DNA of 64,000 nt, taken from assembly GCA_938085445.1 (NCBI GenBank), contig CALKGR010000004.1:32001-96000 (forward strand), written 5' to 3'. This DNA comes from an uncultured Rubripirellula sp. Its GTDB lineage: Bacteria > Planctomycetota > Planctomycetia > Pirellulales > Pirellulaceae. This document shows positions 51,222 to 62,144 of the stretch, piece by piece (the first letter of the stretch is position 1; every line of letters begins with the position of its first letter). The notes beneath the pieces are model-generated. The model was not told the DNA's origin. It searched no databases and was given only the letters and a program-made list of their open reading frames with translations. Position numbers and translations under genes: made by a program.

Positions 51222-54200
51222 TTTAATGCACCACCCGCTCGTTTAATCTCATCATGAAGCTCTTCGTATCTCAAACTCCACTTCTCACCACCGAGCTTGG
51301 GATACAGTTTTTCTGTTAACGCCAGTGTTTTTTCAGCTGCAGCCAACTGTTTCGTTCGTTCCGCACCACCGAGCGTCATCGCACGTGCGCACTGGCAAGC
51401 AGCAATTTCGTATCTTGCCTCATAGAAAACATCGCGAAACTGAGCATGAGGCATCGTTGCATTGGCAATCTTACCCCAGCCCCAAACACCACCCTTCTCG
51501 CTGCTGCGCACGCCTTTTATTGCATCCGAATACTTCGCGGAATCAACGCTTCCCCATTGCTGCAGAACTTTCGCTGCCTCGACTTGCAAGTTCACTGCTG
51601 CGGGATTCACTTTGAGCAATTGCCGCATGTCCGACATTGCACCTTGGTAGTCCCGATTCTTCGCTTTCACTTCAGCCATTCTCGCACGCACCTGTGTTTG
51701 CAAAGCTGGCTGCAAATTGATTTGGCCGAGCAAGTTCTGAAAAGCGTCAATCGATTTTTGGTAATAGAGTTTAGCGTTGGCATCCAATGCTTTCCCCCCA
51801 TCATCAAATCCAGCTCCCAAGCTCGCAAAGGTCTCAGCGACCCAATTAAGCGTACCGGGATCATCTGCATCAGCACTCAAAGCAGCGAGAAATGCTTCGA
51901 AGACGCCCGACATTTGTTTTCGCGACTGTGGAGGTGCCTTGGCGAGATTAGACTCCATGGTTTGCGCCAACGTTACGTATATTGCGAGCATGCGTCGTTT
52001 ACCAACATCATCTGCTCCCACCGATTGACGCAACTTGCCCATCATGTCCTGAGCCTTCGCCATCATGGCCACCGGATCGCTGTCCAGAGACGAAACGTAC
52101 GCTTGTAGTGCGGTCCGCAATGATTCCTGCACGAAGATCGGATTCTGTGCTGCCTCGTGCTCACGATCGATCAAAGCCAGCGGGCCAAAAGTCTCGTCCT
52201 CCAGAATTTCCACTACTTTACTACCATTCCTTGAGGCTTTTTCACTCGACTCAGAAACGGACTGCTCGTTCGCTACCAATGCTTGAGCCAAGGACAAAAC
52301 AGCAGTCGCCACCGAGGCATCGATTCTGGTGTCTTTGGGAAGATGTTCGTAACCGGAAAGCAACAAATCCAATGCATCCCGCCCATCATTTTTGCCTGCG
52401 GAAAATGGCGTTGCGATCGATGGAGAAGCACCTGATGTGGGTTCACTCTGTTGCCGGGTCAACTGTGCCGCCCATAAAGCCTGCCCGGTAACCAATTCAG
52501 CCATCGCTCGTTCACGGGATGCCTCGGGCAAACTTTGTGCAAACTCAGAAGCCAGTTCCAATGCATCAGCGTTCACCATGATCGGCACCACAGTGGCCAA
52601 CGATTCAATCGCTTCGGGCGTGTCTTGCCACTGTTCTGCGATCCATCTTGTCGCCTCAGCAACATGCTCAATTTCAAAAGAGTTCGATGTGCCACCTGCA
52701 GATTCCAACATTTTCAAATAGCAGGCGAGTGATATTTTCGCACACTGCTTCGCTCCCGCACTCTGGGGATACCTTCTCGCAACAAAGTCACCCACAACCG
52801 CTGCATCGTAATATTGACCTTTTGTGAAATACAGATAACAGACGAAATACCGCACTAAATTCAATTCACTTGGTGGGGTATCAAGATCCGCCAAACGCAT
52901 CGCCAAACGGTAGGAAGCAAGTGCATTTTTCTGAACGAACGCGAGATTGGCCTTCGCTTGATCCAATTGCTGCCCAATCGCTTCACGTTCTGCCGGTTGG
53001 GATCGCAATGAGCGAGCTTCAAGATTTGCGACTTCCTGAGCGGCAGGGCCGATTTCATCAAGAGATTTTTTCCCCTCTTTTTGAGCTTCTGCAAACGTAT
53101 CTGGTAGTGCATCAGGATCGCCCACCGCTCGACCACCCAGCCCAAGCACCAACTCTGCTGCTTGCTCCTGAAGATCTCCTTCTTCGGCGGCAACGAACCT
53201 TGCATTTTTCAGTGACTCTTCATACGAGTTTCGAATGGTAGCCGCGTCGGGCGACTTGCGTTTTTCATATTCTTCCGCCTGCATCTGCAAAGCAACCGCC
53301 AAGCTCAACCGAATCGCCAACATGTCAGGAGACCGCTGAGTACTCCGTGGTGCAGCTTCAACCCAGCGTGATGCTTGTTTGATGGCTTCCACATACTTGC
53401 GTTCCTGTGGGGCCAACCATGAGTCCATCGCGAGACGCAAGGTTTTTGTTTTTAAGTTCCAAAATGCTTCAGGTGAACTGGGTTGATCGAGAAGCTCCGC
53501 GTAATGTCCTAACGCGTCTTTGGTTCTCCCCAATCGATGATTGCAGCGGCCTTGATACATTCTCGCGTAAAGCCCTGCCAAACGACTGCGGTATTTCTTA
53601 TAGATTGCATCATAAAGACCGGCTGCTTCCACAAGGTAATCGGTCCAGGCTTCTGACCCGGCAGCCACGGTATCGGCGGCCTCTTCGCGAATCGCTGCAG
53701 CTAACAACTCCGTTTGCAGATTATCCGCACGAAGTTGCTTTCGCCGCTCTGCCAGCTTTGCCTCCTCACGATCACGCATATTAAGGACCTTTGGGATAAG
53801 ATCCAATTCTTTGCTTACCGCTGCTTCTAGCAGGTTGCACTCTTCAAACGCCTGATCGTAAAGCTTTCGTGCCTCGGCTCTTAATGTCTTCGAATTACCC
53901 GACCCTGCTTCCCCAACCTTGATACGTGCACGTTCAACGATCAGGTTTCCCAATTGGCTCCTCGCCGCATACAGCTTTGGGTGCCTGCTCTTAGCAGCGA
54001 TAAATTCACGCAGTAACAACTGTGCCTCGTCGAGCATCTTGTACCGCTCCTCGAGCTCGCTTGAATCCCTTGAGGCAATCACCAATGTCAACGCGGTTTC
54101 ATAACCCAGCACATCACGCATTTCTGCTGGCAACAATCGGCTCGTTTCAAGGCTCTTGAGATATTCAAGAGCTGTGTCGTGGTAACCCCGGGCCCGAAGT

Positions 54201-54445
54201 CCGTCCAAAAACTCCAACGCGGGTTCCTCGGCAACTATGGGTTTACAGCAGCTCCCTAACAAACCACCCATAAACAACAGCACGAGCAACGACCGCAACC
54301 AAATCAGTTGCCCCCGCTCCGTTTGGGAAGAAACGTAACGATGCTCTACTGCGATAGTATCGCCTGCACCCGCTTCAGCACTTTGATTCTGTGGATTAGC
54401 AAGCACCGCTTCGACATATTTCTGTTGCAGTGGATACCTCATCAC
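51218..54445 (-). CDS. Large TPR-repeat protein
   Basis: Hydrophobic segment then FLDGLRARGYHDTALEYL; Ala/Leu/Glu-rich helical repeats; start uncertain. Confidence 0.8.
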   Translation of the reverse strand: MMRYPLQQKYVEAVLANPQNQSAEAGAGDTIAVEHRYVSSQTERGQLIWLRSLLVLLFMGGLLGSCCKPIVAEEPALEFLDGLRARGYHDTALEYLKSLETSRLLPAEMRDVLGYETALTLVIASRDSSELEERYKMLDEAQLLLREFIAAKSRHPKLYAARSQLGNLIVERARIKVGEAGSGNSKTLRAEARKLYDQAFEECNLLEAAVSKELDLIPKVLNMRDREEAKLAERRKQLRADNLQTELLAAAIREEAADTVAAGSEAWTDYLVEAAGLYDAIYKKYRSRLAGLYARMYQGRCNHRLGRTKDALGHYAELLDQPSSPEAFWNLKTKTLRLAMDSWLAPQERKYVEAIKQASRWVEAAPRSTQRSPDMLAIRLSLAVALQMQAEEYEKRKSPDAATIRNSYEESLKNARFVAAEEGDLQEQAAELVLGLGGRAVGDPDALPDTFAEAQKEGKKSLDEIGPAAQEVANLEARSLRSQPAEREAIGQQLDQAKANLAFVQKNALASYRLAMRLADLDTPPSELNLVRYFVCYLYFTKGQYYDAAVVGDFVARRYPQSAGAKQCAKISLACYLKMLESAGGTSNSFEIEHVAEATRWIAEQWQDTPEAIESLATVVPIMVNADALELASEFAQSLPEASRERAMAELVTGQALWAAQLTRQQSEPTSGASPSIATPFSAGKNDGRDALDLLLSGYEHLPKDTRIDASVATAVLSLAQALVANEQSVSESSEKASRNGSKVVEILEDETFGPLALIDREHEAAQNPIFVQESLRTALQAYVSSLDSDPVAMMAKAQDMMGKLRQSVGADDVGKRRMLAIYVTLAQTMESNLAKAPPQSRKQMSGVFEAFLAALSADADDPGTLNWVAETFASLGAGFDDGGKALDANAKLYYQKSIDAFQNLLGQINLQPALQTQVRARMAEVKAKNRDYQGAMSDMRQLLKVNPAAVNLQVEAAKVLQQWGSVDSAKYSDAIKGVRSSEKGGVWGWGKIANATMPHAQFRDVFYEARYEIAACQCARAMTLGGAERTKQLAAAEKTLALTEKLYPKLGGEKWSLRYEELHDEIKRAGGALK

Positions 54446-55674
54446 GATTCAACGCTCCATTCTGCTTGCCTCAAAACAGCCTTGGGAGAAGTCTTCATGC
54501 GTTCATACCACACTGTCAGCAGCTTTCCCCCTGGCAGCTCCACGGTGCTGGGATACCCCAAGTCTCCACCCACGCCGTCGGATGCGATACTCAGCGGTTT
54601 GCTCCATGATTCACCGGAATCCTGACTTAGACGGGCCTGAATCCCAAACGGCTTTCGACGATATCCATAACTCATCAAGAGACGACCGTCACTTAAACGC
54701 AGTAGATGTGACGGCAATCCCCAAACGTTGATTGAATGTGGCATCGTCCAGGTCTTCCCACCATCTTTCGATTCACACTGCAAGGTTTCTCGATGGTTCG
54801 TTGTATTGTGGTTTCGGATTTGTACGACAATCGTGCCATCGGTCGCTTCCACCGCGTGCAACTCGTGATAATTTTTTGGATCATCCCCCGGGCGTGTCGG
54901 AATCTCAGCAAGCCATTTCCAACTTTGACCATCGTCAACCGATTGACACACGCCAACCAATCGGGATGGGTCCCACAACTTGACTCCCGCGTACAGCTGC
55001 CTACCGTCCGACAACTGAATTGGACCGTGCGGACTATTCACAATACTGGGGTAACGCTCTGACCATGTAATGCCACCGTCCGTCGAGCGTATCATCCACT
55101 GCCCCAACTCGCTTCGCCTCTGTTCCTCGCTCATCCGTTCGTGAACGGCAAGCCAGTTTCGCAACCGATCTTCTGACCATCCTTGTTCGGTACCCTGTTG
55201 GCGAATCGCTTTTTTCAATTCGTAATCAACGTAGGCTAACGAAGTGAAGGTTGTCACAAGCAGTGAGCCACTTGCTGTTTCCAGCACACCTGCATCTCGA
55301 TCATCGATCGCTCCATCAAGCAGAGTCCGTGGCCAAGACCATGTCTTCCCTTCGTCGTCGGACTTCATAGCGTCGACCCGCCCAAACGGACAAACATGCT
55401 GCTCTCTTCCTCCAGACCAAACGAGAATCAACTGACCGTTAGAACGTCGAGTCAACGTCGGCCAACCACAATAGTACCCGTCATTACGACTGATCACCCG
55501 TATTGAATGAACACGAACAGCTAGTCCACTAACGCTTTCTGCCGGCGTATCTGCCTGAGTGCCTGCATCCTGCCCCAACGAAGGCGATGACCAGGAGAGA
55601 CCGGGCACTGCTGGAGAAGCAGCAGCGAACATTCCGACACCAAGTGTTCGTCTTGAAAATGATTTAAGTCGCAT
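54442..55674 (-). CDS. Sialidase-family (BNR/Asp-box) protein
   Basis: Asp-boxes SDDEGKTW, STDGGITW, SVDDGQSW, SKDGGKTW, SQDSGESW; DLGYPS; SRRTL possible Tat signal. Confidence 0.88.
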   Translation of the reverse strand: MRLKSFSRRTLGVGMFAAASPAVPGLSWSSPSLGQDAGTQADTPAESVSGLAVRVHSIRVISRNDGYYCGWPTLTRRSNGQLILVWSGGREQHVCPFGRVDAMKSDDEGKTWSWPRTLLDGAIDDRDAGVLETASGSLLVTTFTSLAYVDYELKKAIRQQGTEQGWSEDRLRNWLAVHERMSEEQRRSELGQWMIRSTDGGITWSERYPSIVNSPHGPIQLSDGRQLYAGVKLWDPSRLVGVCQSVDDGQSWKWLAEIPTRPGDDPKNYHELHAVEATDGTIVVQIRNHNTTNHRETLQCESKDGGKTWTMPHSINVWGLPSHLLRLSDGRLLMSYGYRRKPFGIQARLSQDSGESWSKPLSIASDGVGGDLGYPSTVELPGGKLLTVWYERMKTSPKAVLRQAEWSVES

Positions 55675-56008
55675 CAACTCACTAGCACAAAGCGAAGAAA
55701 AAACGCAAAACACGTGGCACAAACGGACGGCTCAATCTTGGCCCGCATCCCACATCACGTCTGCGAGTATACCAAATCCCAACCAAAAAGGTCCGATCCT
55801 ACAGCACCGCTTCAAACAACAGCCCAACCAAAAAGACATTCGAAACCATGCAAACCAAAATACATACCAGCCGAAAAACTAGCGTCGTCAAACGAAGCAT
55901 TTCCCAACACATCCGTACTCTCCACCAAAGCTGGCAGTCACCATGAAGCCCAACATTTCAAAACTTAAAGCCCCCTCGGGAGTACTACGCTGTTGCTTTC
56001 CCAAGATG

Positions 56009-56039
56009 AACCCCCGTCAGGATCACTCCTACGGGGGTT
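56009..56039. terminator. Strong GC-rich hairpin, possible terminator
   Basis: AACCCCCGT-C-AGGA-TCAC-TCCT-ACGGGGGTT. Confidence 0.45.
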
Positions 56040-56319
56040 GTTCGATCTCCACTGGACATGTCTATCCACTGCATATGTCTTTCTTTTAATAAGTCATTGA
56101 CTGAGTACACAACTCTTTTTCCGAAAACGAACCACAGTGCCGTTGATTCAACTGCGAACAAAAATTACCTGACCGTTGTTGGTCAGTGCGCCGCATCAGG
56201 AGCGTGCTTTTTATACTTGAAGACCGTAATGGTGCTATCGGCTGTCGTCGGTCTGAATTTCTTTGGCTGATACGCAGCGTCGACTCAGACAACTGAAGTA
56301 GGCATGCTGATGGACCTGC

Positions 56320-56508
56320 TCAGGTATCTGCATTTTTCAATGCTGCACGTCGCATGAAAAGTGGAACTGCAGCAACACCTATCAGAACCAAATAGACGGC
56401 CGGATTGACGCTTAACGCGTCTGCGAGGAATCTTGGCCAAATGGTGAGTGCGAATATGGTACTCAACATTGTCACGATGATCATGCTTTGTCTTTGAAGC
56501 ACGCTCAT
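56320..56508 (-). CDS. Small membrane protein with two predicted TM helices (62 aa)
   Basis: GAGGTG upstream of ATG 56508; two hydrophobic segments followed by a basic tail (MRRAALKN). Confidence 0.55.
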   Translation of the reverse strand: MSVLQRQSMIIVTMLSTIFALTIWPRFLADALSVNPAVYLVLIGVAAVPLFMRRAALKNADT

Positions 56509-56922
56509 CTTCACCTCTTGCCTGAATCGATCTTTGATTCTCACAACTCAAACTCCAGCTTGCATTTCAATGAGGACACCAGCCCTTCCCAGACTTCAGG
56601 ATACCATATTCCTAATAAAACTCAGGTGAAATCCCCTTAATCGCCTTGCTCGCAGAATCACGGATTAACCATACGGGTTGCAAAGGGAAATATAATCCAC
56701 GCAGCAAATCCACTGAGCCAATGCAACCACAAGCAACACGTATTGAAGAGCGTAGAGTGGCATACACAACACGTATAACTCAGACAATTCATCCCGATGC
56801 CGGATCACGCCATGCGATTTACTTGCATTTACTCAACCAACGACTAGTCTACCTAGACTGCGTTTCCATAGGAAAAGCGAAAGCTGGTGAGCGTTACTCC
56901 GCGATGCACCACTAATTTTTTA

Positions 56923-57996
56923 ATGAAACACAATAAAGCTGACTCATCTAAATCACCTTTGCGTCCGCGCAATCTACAAATTGATGCATTGCGCGGAATC
57001 GCAGCCTTGTCCGTCATGCTCTTTCACTTCACAGCATGGTACGGAAAATCTCAAGTCGATGGAATTCTCCAACTTGATAACTTCCTTCATGAGCCACACC
57101 TCCTCTTCTACTTCGGCGATCTCGGTGTCCCCCTTTTCTTCATGATCAGCGGATATGTGATCACGGAAAGTTGCGAGCACAGGAAAACACTTACATCCTT
57201 TGCTTACAGCCGATTCACTAGACTTTATCCGCTCTATTGGTCCTCGATCATCTTTGCGGTGATGTGCTACCTGCCGTCCAATAGCAGACTTGCCAGCTAC
57301 GATCCCGATTGGCTCACAATCGCACTCAACTTCTCGATGCTGCAAACAAGCATTGATGTTCGCAACGTCAACGAAGCATACTGGACCCTTTATATAGAAT
57401 TGCAATTTTATTCATTCGTTGCACTCATGCTCGCAACACGGCGAATCAAACAACTCCCACTGCAAGTTCTCGGCCTGACAACCGCCTATGCCATCGCGAC
57501 TGCGTTCCGGTGCTGGGATTGGATCCCAGGCATCTGGCGAATCAAGTCAGTTTTCCCATTGCTTGTTTTCCTCAACTATTTTGCGTTGGGAATATGGGTA
57601 CGAAACCTGCAGAAACCAGAGGCAAGTAAGAAGCAAGCATTAGCAGCCATCAGCCTCTCCTGCGTCTTCCTTTTCATCCGGTCACCCTACGACCCCTTCG
57701 CAGTCCTTACCATCTTTTTTGTGTTCTGGGCCGCATGTGAGCAAAAGCTGAACCTACTCGAGAATCGACTACTGGTTTCCTTAGGAACAATTTCCTATGC
57801 CCTTTACTTGGTCCACGGCCCATGTGGCTACACCATGCTAAATTACCTGCAGCAATATGTGCAGGTGGACATACTCATCACCACCGCGGTGCTTACATCA
57901 ATCATCGTGGCAGCCTTGTTTACGTTCGCAGTGGAAAAGCCAGCACACAACTTTCTTCGCGAAGCAGTTCGACCAGAAACGCCAGATAGTCGTTAG
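56923..57996 (+). CDS. Acyltransferase family 3 (OafA-like O-acyltransferase)
   Basis: IDALRGIAALSVMLFH, GVPLFFMISGYVI, RFTRLYP, WTLYIELQFY, LGTISYALYLVH, VEKP. Confidence 0.93.
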   Translation: MKHNKADSSKSPLRPRNLQIDALRGIAALSVMLFHFTAWYGKSQVDGILQLDNFLHEPHLLFYFGDLGVPLFFMISGYVITESCEHRKTLTSFAYSRFTRLYPLYWSSIIFAVMCYLPSNSRLASYDPDWLTIALNFSMLQTSIDVRNVNEAYWTLYIELQFYSFVALMLATRRIKQLPLQVLGLTTAYAIATAFRCWDWIPGIWRIKSVFPLLVFLNYFALGIWVRNLQKPEASKKQALAAISLSCVFLFIRSPYDPFAVLTIFFVFWAACEQKLNLLENRLLVSLGTISYALYLVHGPCGYTMLNYLQQYVQVDILITTAVLTSIIVAALFTFAVEKPAHNFLREAVRPETPDSR

Positions 57997-58458
57997 CATA
58001 CCGCAAAGCAAACACTTGTCCCGTTTACAGACTCGCTTGAACAGCGGAAGGATTCAAAAGCGGCCTTGCACCTTATCTGACGGCCACATGAACACGTACA
58101 AATGGCAGCTGCAAAAAAACCGAGGCGGAGAAAATTCAAATCCCAAAGTCCGATCCAGAGAAACGCCCTTGAGCGAGTTAAAATGACCACCAAGACAGAC
58201 CGATCCTATCCACCCTGCAAAACCGTCTGTGACTTGGATTTTCGTTGAACGAAGAAAAGAATTGCGCAGAGACTGATGTCGCACAGACGATGGATGCGTG
58301 CTCACTGCCGCAGTGGAACTTCAGCTTTATTCTTTGATACCCGATGGCAGCTCACAAAGGTCGTTGGATGAATCCAATACAGTCACTAACAGCATCTCGA
58401 CTCTCCGCAGACAGACAACCAAAGCCAGCATTTACAAGGTTGCCTCTCTTGTTAGGCT

Positions 58459-60057
58459 CTAGCCATTCCGATTCATCGAGGGGCCTGCCGCTCGTATCGC
58501 TTCACTGGCGCCAGCTTCGAACTTAAGAAAGTTCTGTTGGAACAAATCGGCGAGACGCCTGGCGCTACTTTCGTACGCCTCGGAGTCTCCCCAGACATCG
58601 CTAGGCCACAGCAGATCTGATGGCACTCCGTTGCACTCAACTGGTACGTCAAATCCGAACAGTTGATCCATTCGACCTTTGCGTGTTGACAACGATCCAT
58701 CATGAATCGCGTCGATGATGGCACGAGTATGCTTCAAGCTCATACGTGAACCAGCGCCATAACCTCCCCCGGTCCAGCCTGTGTTGACGAGCCAAACCTG
58801 ACTCCCCTGCTTGCGGATCCGATCTGCCAATAATTCGGCATACTTGGCAGGATGCCAAACCAGAAAGGCCGCACCAAAGCAGGCGCTAAATGTAGCAGTA
58901 GGCTCTGTGACATTCATTTCGGTGCCAGCGACTTTCGCAGTGTATCCGCTGATGAAATGATACATCGCCTGTTCGGGAGTCAACCTGGAAACCGGGGGCA
59001 AGACTCCAAAGGCATCACATGTCAGAAAGATGATGTTCTTTGGCTGTGGCCCAACACAAGGGATCTTTGCATTATCAATGAACTCAATTGGATAAGCCAC
59101 GCGAGTATTCTCAGTGATCGAAGCGTCATCGTAATTGACTTCATGCGTTGCTTCATCGAACACCACGTTTTCAAGTACGGCCCCGTACCGAATGGCTTCG
59201 AAAATCTCCGGTTCACTCTCTTTGCTCAGATTGATCACCTTGGCATAGCAACCACCTTCAATATTGAATACGCCATTATCAGTCCAGCAATGCTCGTCAT
59301 CTCCGATCAACTGCCGTCGTGGATCCGCGGACAAAGTGGTCTTTCCTGTTCCTGAAAGCCCAAAGAACAACGAAACGTCACCCTCTGCTGATGTATTGGC
59401 ACTGCAGTGCATGCTGAGCACGTCCTGCTTCGGCATCAGGTAGTTCATGACGGTAAAAACGCCCTTCTTCATTTCGCCAGCATACTGGGTTCCCAGAATG
59501 ATCAATTCACCGTTTTCGATCGACAAATCAATGCTTGTCGTGCTAGTCATCTGGGCTGTGTATGGATTCGCCGGGAACGAGCCTGCATTGAAAATGACGA
59601 CATCCGGTTCACCGAAGTCTTTTAATTGCTGCTCCGTGGGTCGAATCAGCATGTTGTGCATGAAGAGGGCGTGGTAGGCACTCTCAGCGATGACACGCAC
59701 CTTGATTTGGTAATGAGGGTCCCACCCGGCGTAACCATCAAAAACAAATATCCGCGGGCGAGTATTCAGGTAATCCAGCGCCCGCTGCCGGTTAATTAAA
59801 AAAGAACGTTCCGTCATTCGCATGTTGACGTCACCCCACCAGATATCATCCGAAGAGGCGGGATCATCAACAATACGTTTGTCCTTGGGACTGCGACCTG
59901 TCTTGTCACCGCTTCTGGTTGCCAAAGCACCTGAAGCCGAAATCACTGCGTGATGATCCACAATTGCGAATTCATACAGCCGCGCAGGCGTTGCATTGTG
60001 AATGATGTCGTCTACATCCAGACCATAACATGACAAATCGATCGGGTTGACACTCAT
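58459..60057 (-). CDS. pckA: Phosphoenolpyruvate carboxykinase (ATP)
   Basis: TGRSPKDK, YAGEMKKG, GLSGTGKTTLS, IGDDEH, FNIEGGCYAK, FSACFGA. Confidence 0.97.
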   Translation of the reverse strand: MSVNPIDLSCYGLDVDDIIHNATPARLYEFAIVDHHAVISASGALATRSGDKTGRSPKDKRIVDDPASSDDIWWGDVNMRMTERSFLINRQRALDYLNTRPRIFVFDGYAGWDPHYQIKVRVIAESAYHALFMHNMLIRPTEQQLKDFGEPDVVIFNAGSFPANPYTAQMTSTTSIDLSIENGELIILGTQYAGEMKKGVFTVMNYLMPKQDVLSMHCSANTSAEGDVSLFFGLSGTGKTTLSADPRRQLIGDDEHCWTDNGVFNIEGGCYAKVINLSKESEPEIFEAIRYGAVLENVVFDEATHEVNYDDASITENTRVAYPIEFIDNAKIPCVGPQPKNIIFLTCDAFGVLPPVSRLTPEQAMYHFISGYTAKVAGTEMNVTEPTATFSACFGAAFLVWHPAKYAELLADRIRKQGSQVWLVNTGWTGGGYGAGSRMSLKHTRAIIDAIHDGSLSTRKGRMDQLFGFDVPVECNGVPSDLLWPSDVWGDSEAYESSARRLADLFQQNFLKFEAGASEAIRAAGPSMNRNG

Positions 60058-60350
60058 GACGCACACTCACCGTAAGTTTTTGACGCGTTCAATGCTCACA
60101 CAACAGCATCAACGTAGGGCCAGTTCAGCATACTCGGCGTAAGATCAGACCGGCTTGCAGAGTCTAGCGCAAGAGCCCCCTCATGACGACCCCAATCATG
60201 GCTGCAGGGTGTGACATACGGAGTGCTGCACCGCCTATCGCCCCGGGTCAGAATCGCCCGGTAGTAGGCTACCAGCGGTGAGAATATTCAAGGCGGAAGA
60301 AGTCAGGGCAAGACGCGTCACAAGCATACCAAGCAGACGCCTGAGGGCGG

Positions 60351-61367
60351 CTAATTTGATCCACCTGAGACCGTGCCAGTTACGATGCAAGACGCTGACT
60401 TTTCCCCAGGCAGACTGGTCACAATGCGAATCTGCTGCGAGATCCGGTCATCACTTCCATTCCCCTTGAACTCGACCGACATCAAATGAACTTTCTTCCG
60501 GCCTGTCGGAACTTTGAACTGAAAACGCTGATCTGCACACTGCACGTCCATGATCTCAAACGGTTCATCTCCACGCACGACAAGCCTTCGCGACATCTTA
60601 CTGTCGGGAGATGTATTTCCCAGGCTGACCGATGCTGGCGAGACACTCACTGAGGGGCGAACCCTTCCAGCAATCGCCATTTCAGTGGTCGGAAACTGCG
60701 AGTCGTTACTGATCAAGGTCAGACGTTCCCTGATATCCCCTTCCCCCATCGATTTATCGAGCTTTACCGACATGCGGTACTGCACCTGCCCCTGCGACCT
60801 CTGCGGTGGATCAAGCCGAACCTCAAGGTGGCGACAATGACTTCGTACATCCGTGATTTCCCAGTTACTATTACCGCGATGAGTGATTGTCACCGCCTGC
60901 TCGCGAGTGGTCCCCGCTGCAAGTTCTCCGTAATTGATTTCCGGCGGATCAAAGGTGATGTCAGTGCGAATGTAACCACTCACTTTCAGTTGAACTTCCG
61001 CGTACGCGGGACGGTCAAAAACGACGGTGATGGTGGCTGATTTCTGACCCACAAAGCTGTTGGTATTGAAAGTTGCTTTAACGGATGCAGTTTCGTGAGT
61101 CTTCAGTGTTTTCTGGCTAACGGTCGGTGTCGTGCAGCCACAGCTGGTCCGGACTGCCGCAATGTGCACATCTTCTTCGTACAAATTACTGAAATCGAAG
61201 TGGAAGACACTTTTCGTGCCACGTCCCACGCTACGAAAATCGTGAGTCGTAACTTTGAACATCTTCTCAGCCCAATTCTGGGCCGAAAGCTGCTGCGAGA
61301 ATGCTGGCAAAAAGATTCCGAATGCAAGCAAGATCAAACAAAGACCTCGACGCCCGAAACTGACCAT
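60351..61367 (-). CDS. DUF1573 domain secreted protein
   Basis: Signal peptide, WAEKMF..T.HDF, VRTSCGCTTP; Ig-like beta domains. Confidence 0.85.
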   Translation of the reverse strand: MVSFGRRGLCLILLAFGIFLPAFSQQLSAQNWAEKMFKVTTHDFRSVGRGTKSVFHFDFSNLYEEDVHIAAVRTSCGCTTPTVSQKTLKTHETASVKATFNTNSFVGQKSATITVVFDRPAYAEVQLKVSGYIRTDITFDPPEINYGELAAGTTREQAVTITHRGNSNWEITDVRSHCRHLEVRLDPPQRSQGQVQYRMSVKLDKSMGEGDIRERLTLISNDSQFPTTEMAIAGRVRPSVSVSPASVSLGNTSPDSKMSRRLVVRGDEPFEIMDVQCADQRFQFKVPTGRKKVHLMSVEFKGNGSDDRISQQIRIVTSLPGEKSASCIVTGTVSGGSN

Positions 61368-61414
61368 TGTGCTTCACCGGTGCTTAAATAGACAAACCCG
61401 CCAGAAACGCCGCA

Positions 61415-62098
61415 TCAAGACGAAGAGTTGTTGGGTGGACTGATACTTCCTGTATTAACGGTTTCGGCTGTTGAGTTGAAATTTTCCAGTAATTCCGCCA
61501 ATCGCTCCATCGGTAGTCCAACGACGTTGCTCTCGCTCCCTGACCTGACAAACAACCAGTCGTGCCCATCCTGATACCCGAAAGCCCCTGCTTTACCCTC
61601 CCATTTCATGGAATCAAGGTACTCCTCGAGCATTTCTTCAGAGAGTGGCAACATTTCAAGTTCGGTACGCACGACATCAACGAGACATCGATTTTGCCTG
61701 GCAGACCAGAGACATACGCCGGTGTAGACATCATGCCGACGGCCACTTAGCAGACGTAAAATGTCCTCGGCGTGCTCCTGGTTTCGAGGTTTACCAAGAA
61801 TTTGGCCGACGCAGGATGCAACCGTATCCGCCGCCAGGACAAAGCCGTCATCAATTCGAGACACCACGTCTGCGGCTTTGCGATAGGCGTAGCGTGCCAC
61901 CATTTCGGGGGCTGTCTCACGGCTGCACATCCCGCATTCTGCATCTTCACCGGCGACGATTACCGTGAATTCATATCCAGCAGCAGTCAGTAACTCAGCC
62001 CGTCTCGGCGAACCGCTGGCGAGGATCAAAGGTTCGCTAGAAGGCAATGCAGCTGCCGGCAGGCCATGCATCAGCAGGTTTTTCCTCGGCTCGCTCAT
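61415..62098 (-). CDS. maf: Maf family nucleotide pyrophosphatase
   Basis: LILASGSPRRAELL, AADTV, ILGKP, LSGRRHDVYTG, GKAGAFG, SNVVGLP; start 62098 or 62071. Confidence 0.92.
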   Translation of the reverse strand: MSEPRKNLLMHGLPAAALPSSEPLILASGSPRRAELLTAAGYEFTVIVAGEDAECGMCSRETAPEMVARYAYRKAADVVSRIDDGFVLAADTVASCVGQILGKPRNQEHAEDILRLLSGRRHDVYTGVCLWSARQNRCLVDVVRTELEMLPLSEEMLEEYLDSMKWEGKAGAFGYQDGHDWLFVRSGSESNVVGLPMERLAELLENFNSTAETVNTGSISPPNNSSS

Positions 62099-62144
62099 CA
62101 GCCACGAAACCGTGCAATGGTCTTGAACAACTGAAGAATTTCGA

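Noticed and set aside
51446..52491. Long antisense ORFs (220 aa, 169 aa) and similar shadow ORFs across the window
   Set aside because: They lie opposite or within well-supported genes and show no recognisable motifs
56009..56055. tRNA or tRNA remnant (GGGGGTTGTTCGATC)
   Set aside because: No cloverleaf; T-arm pairing and acceptor stem cannot be formed
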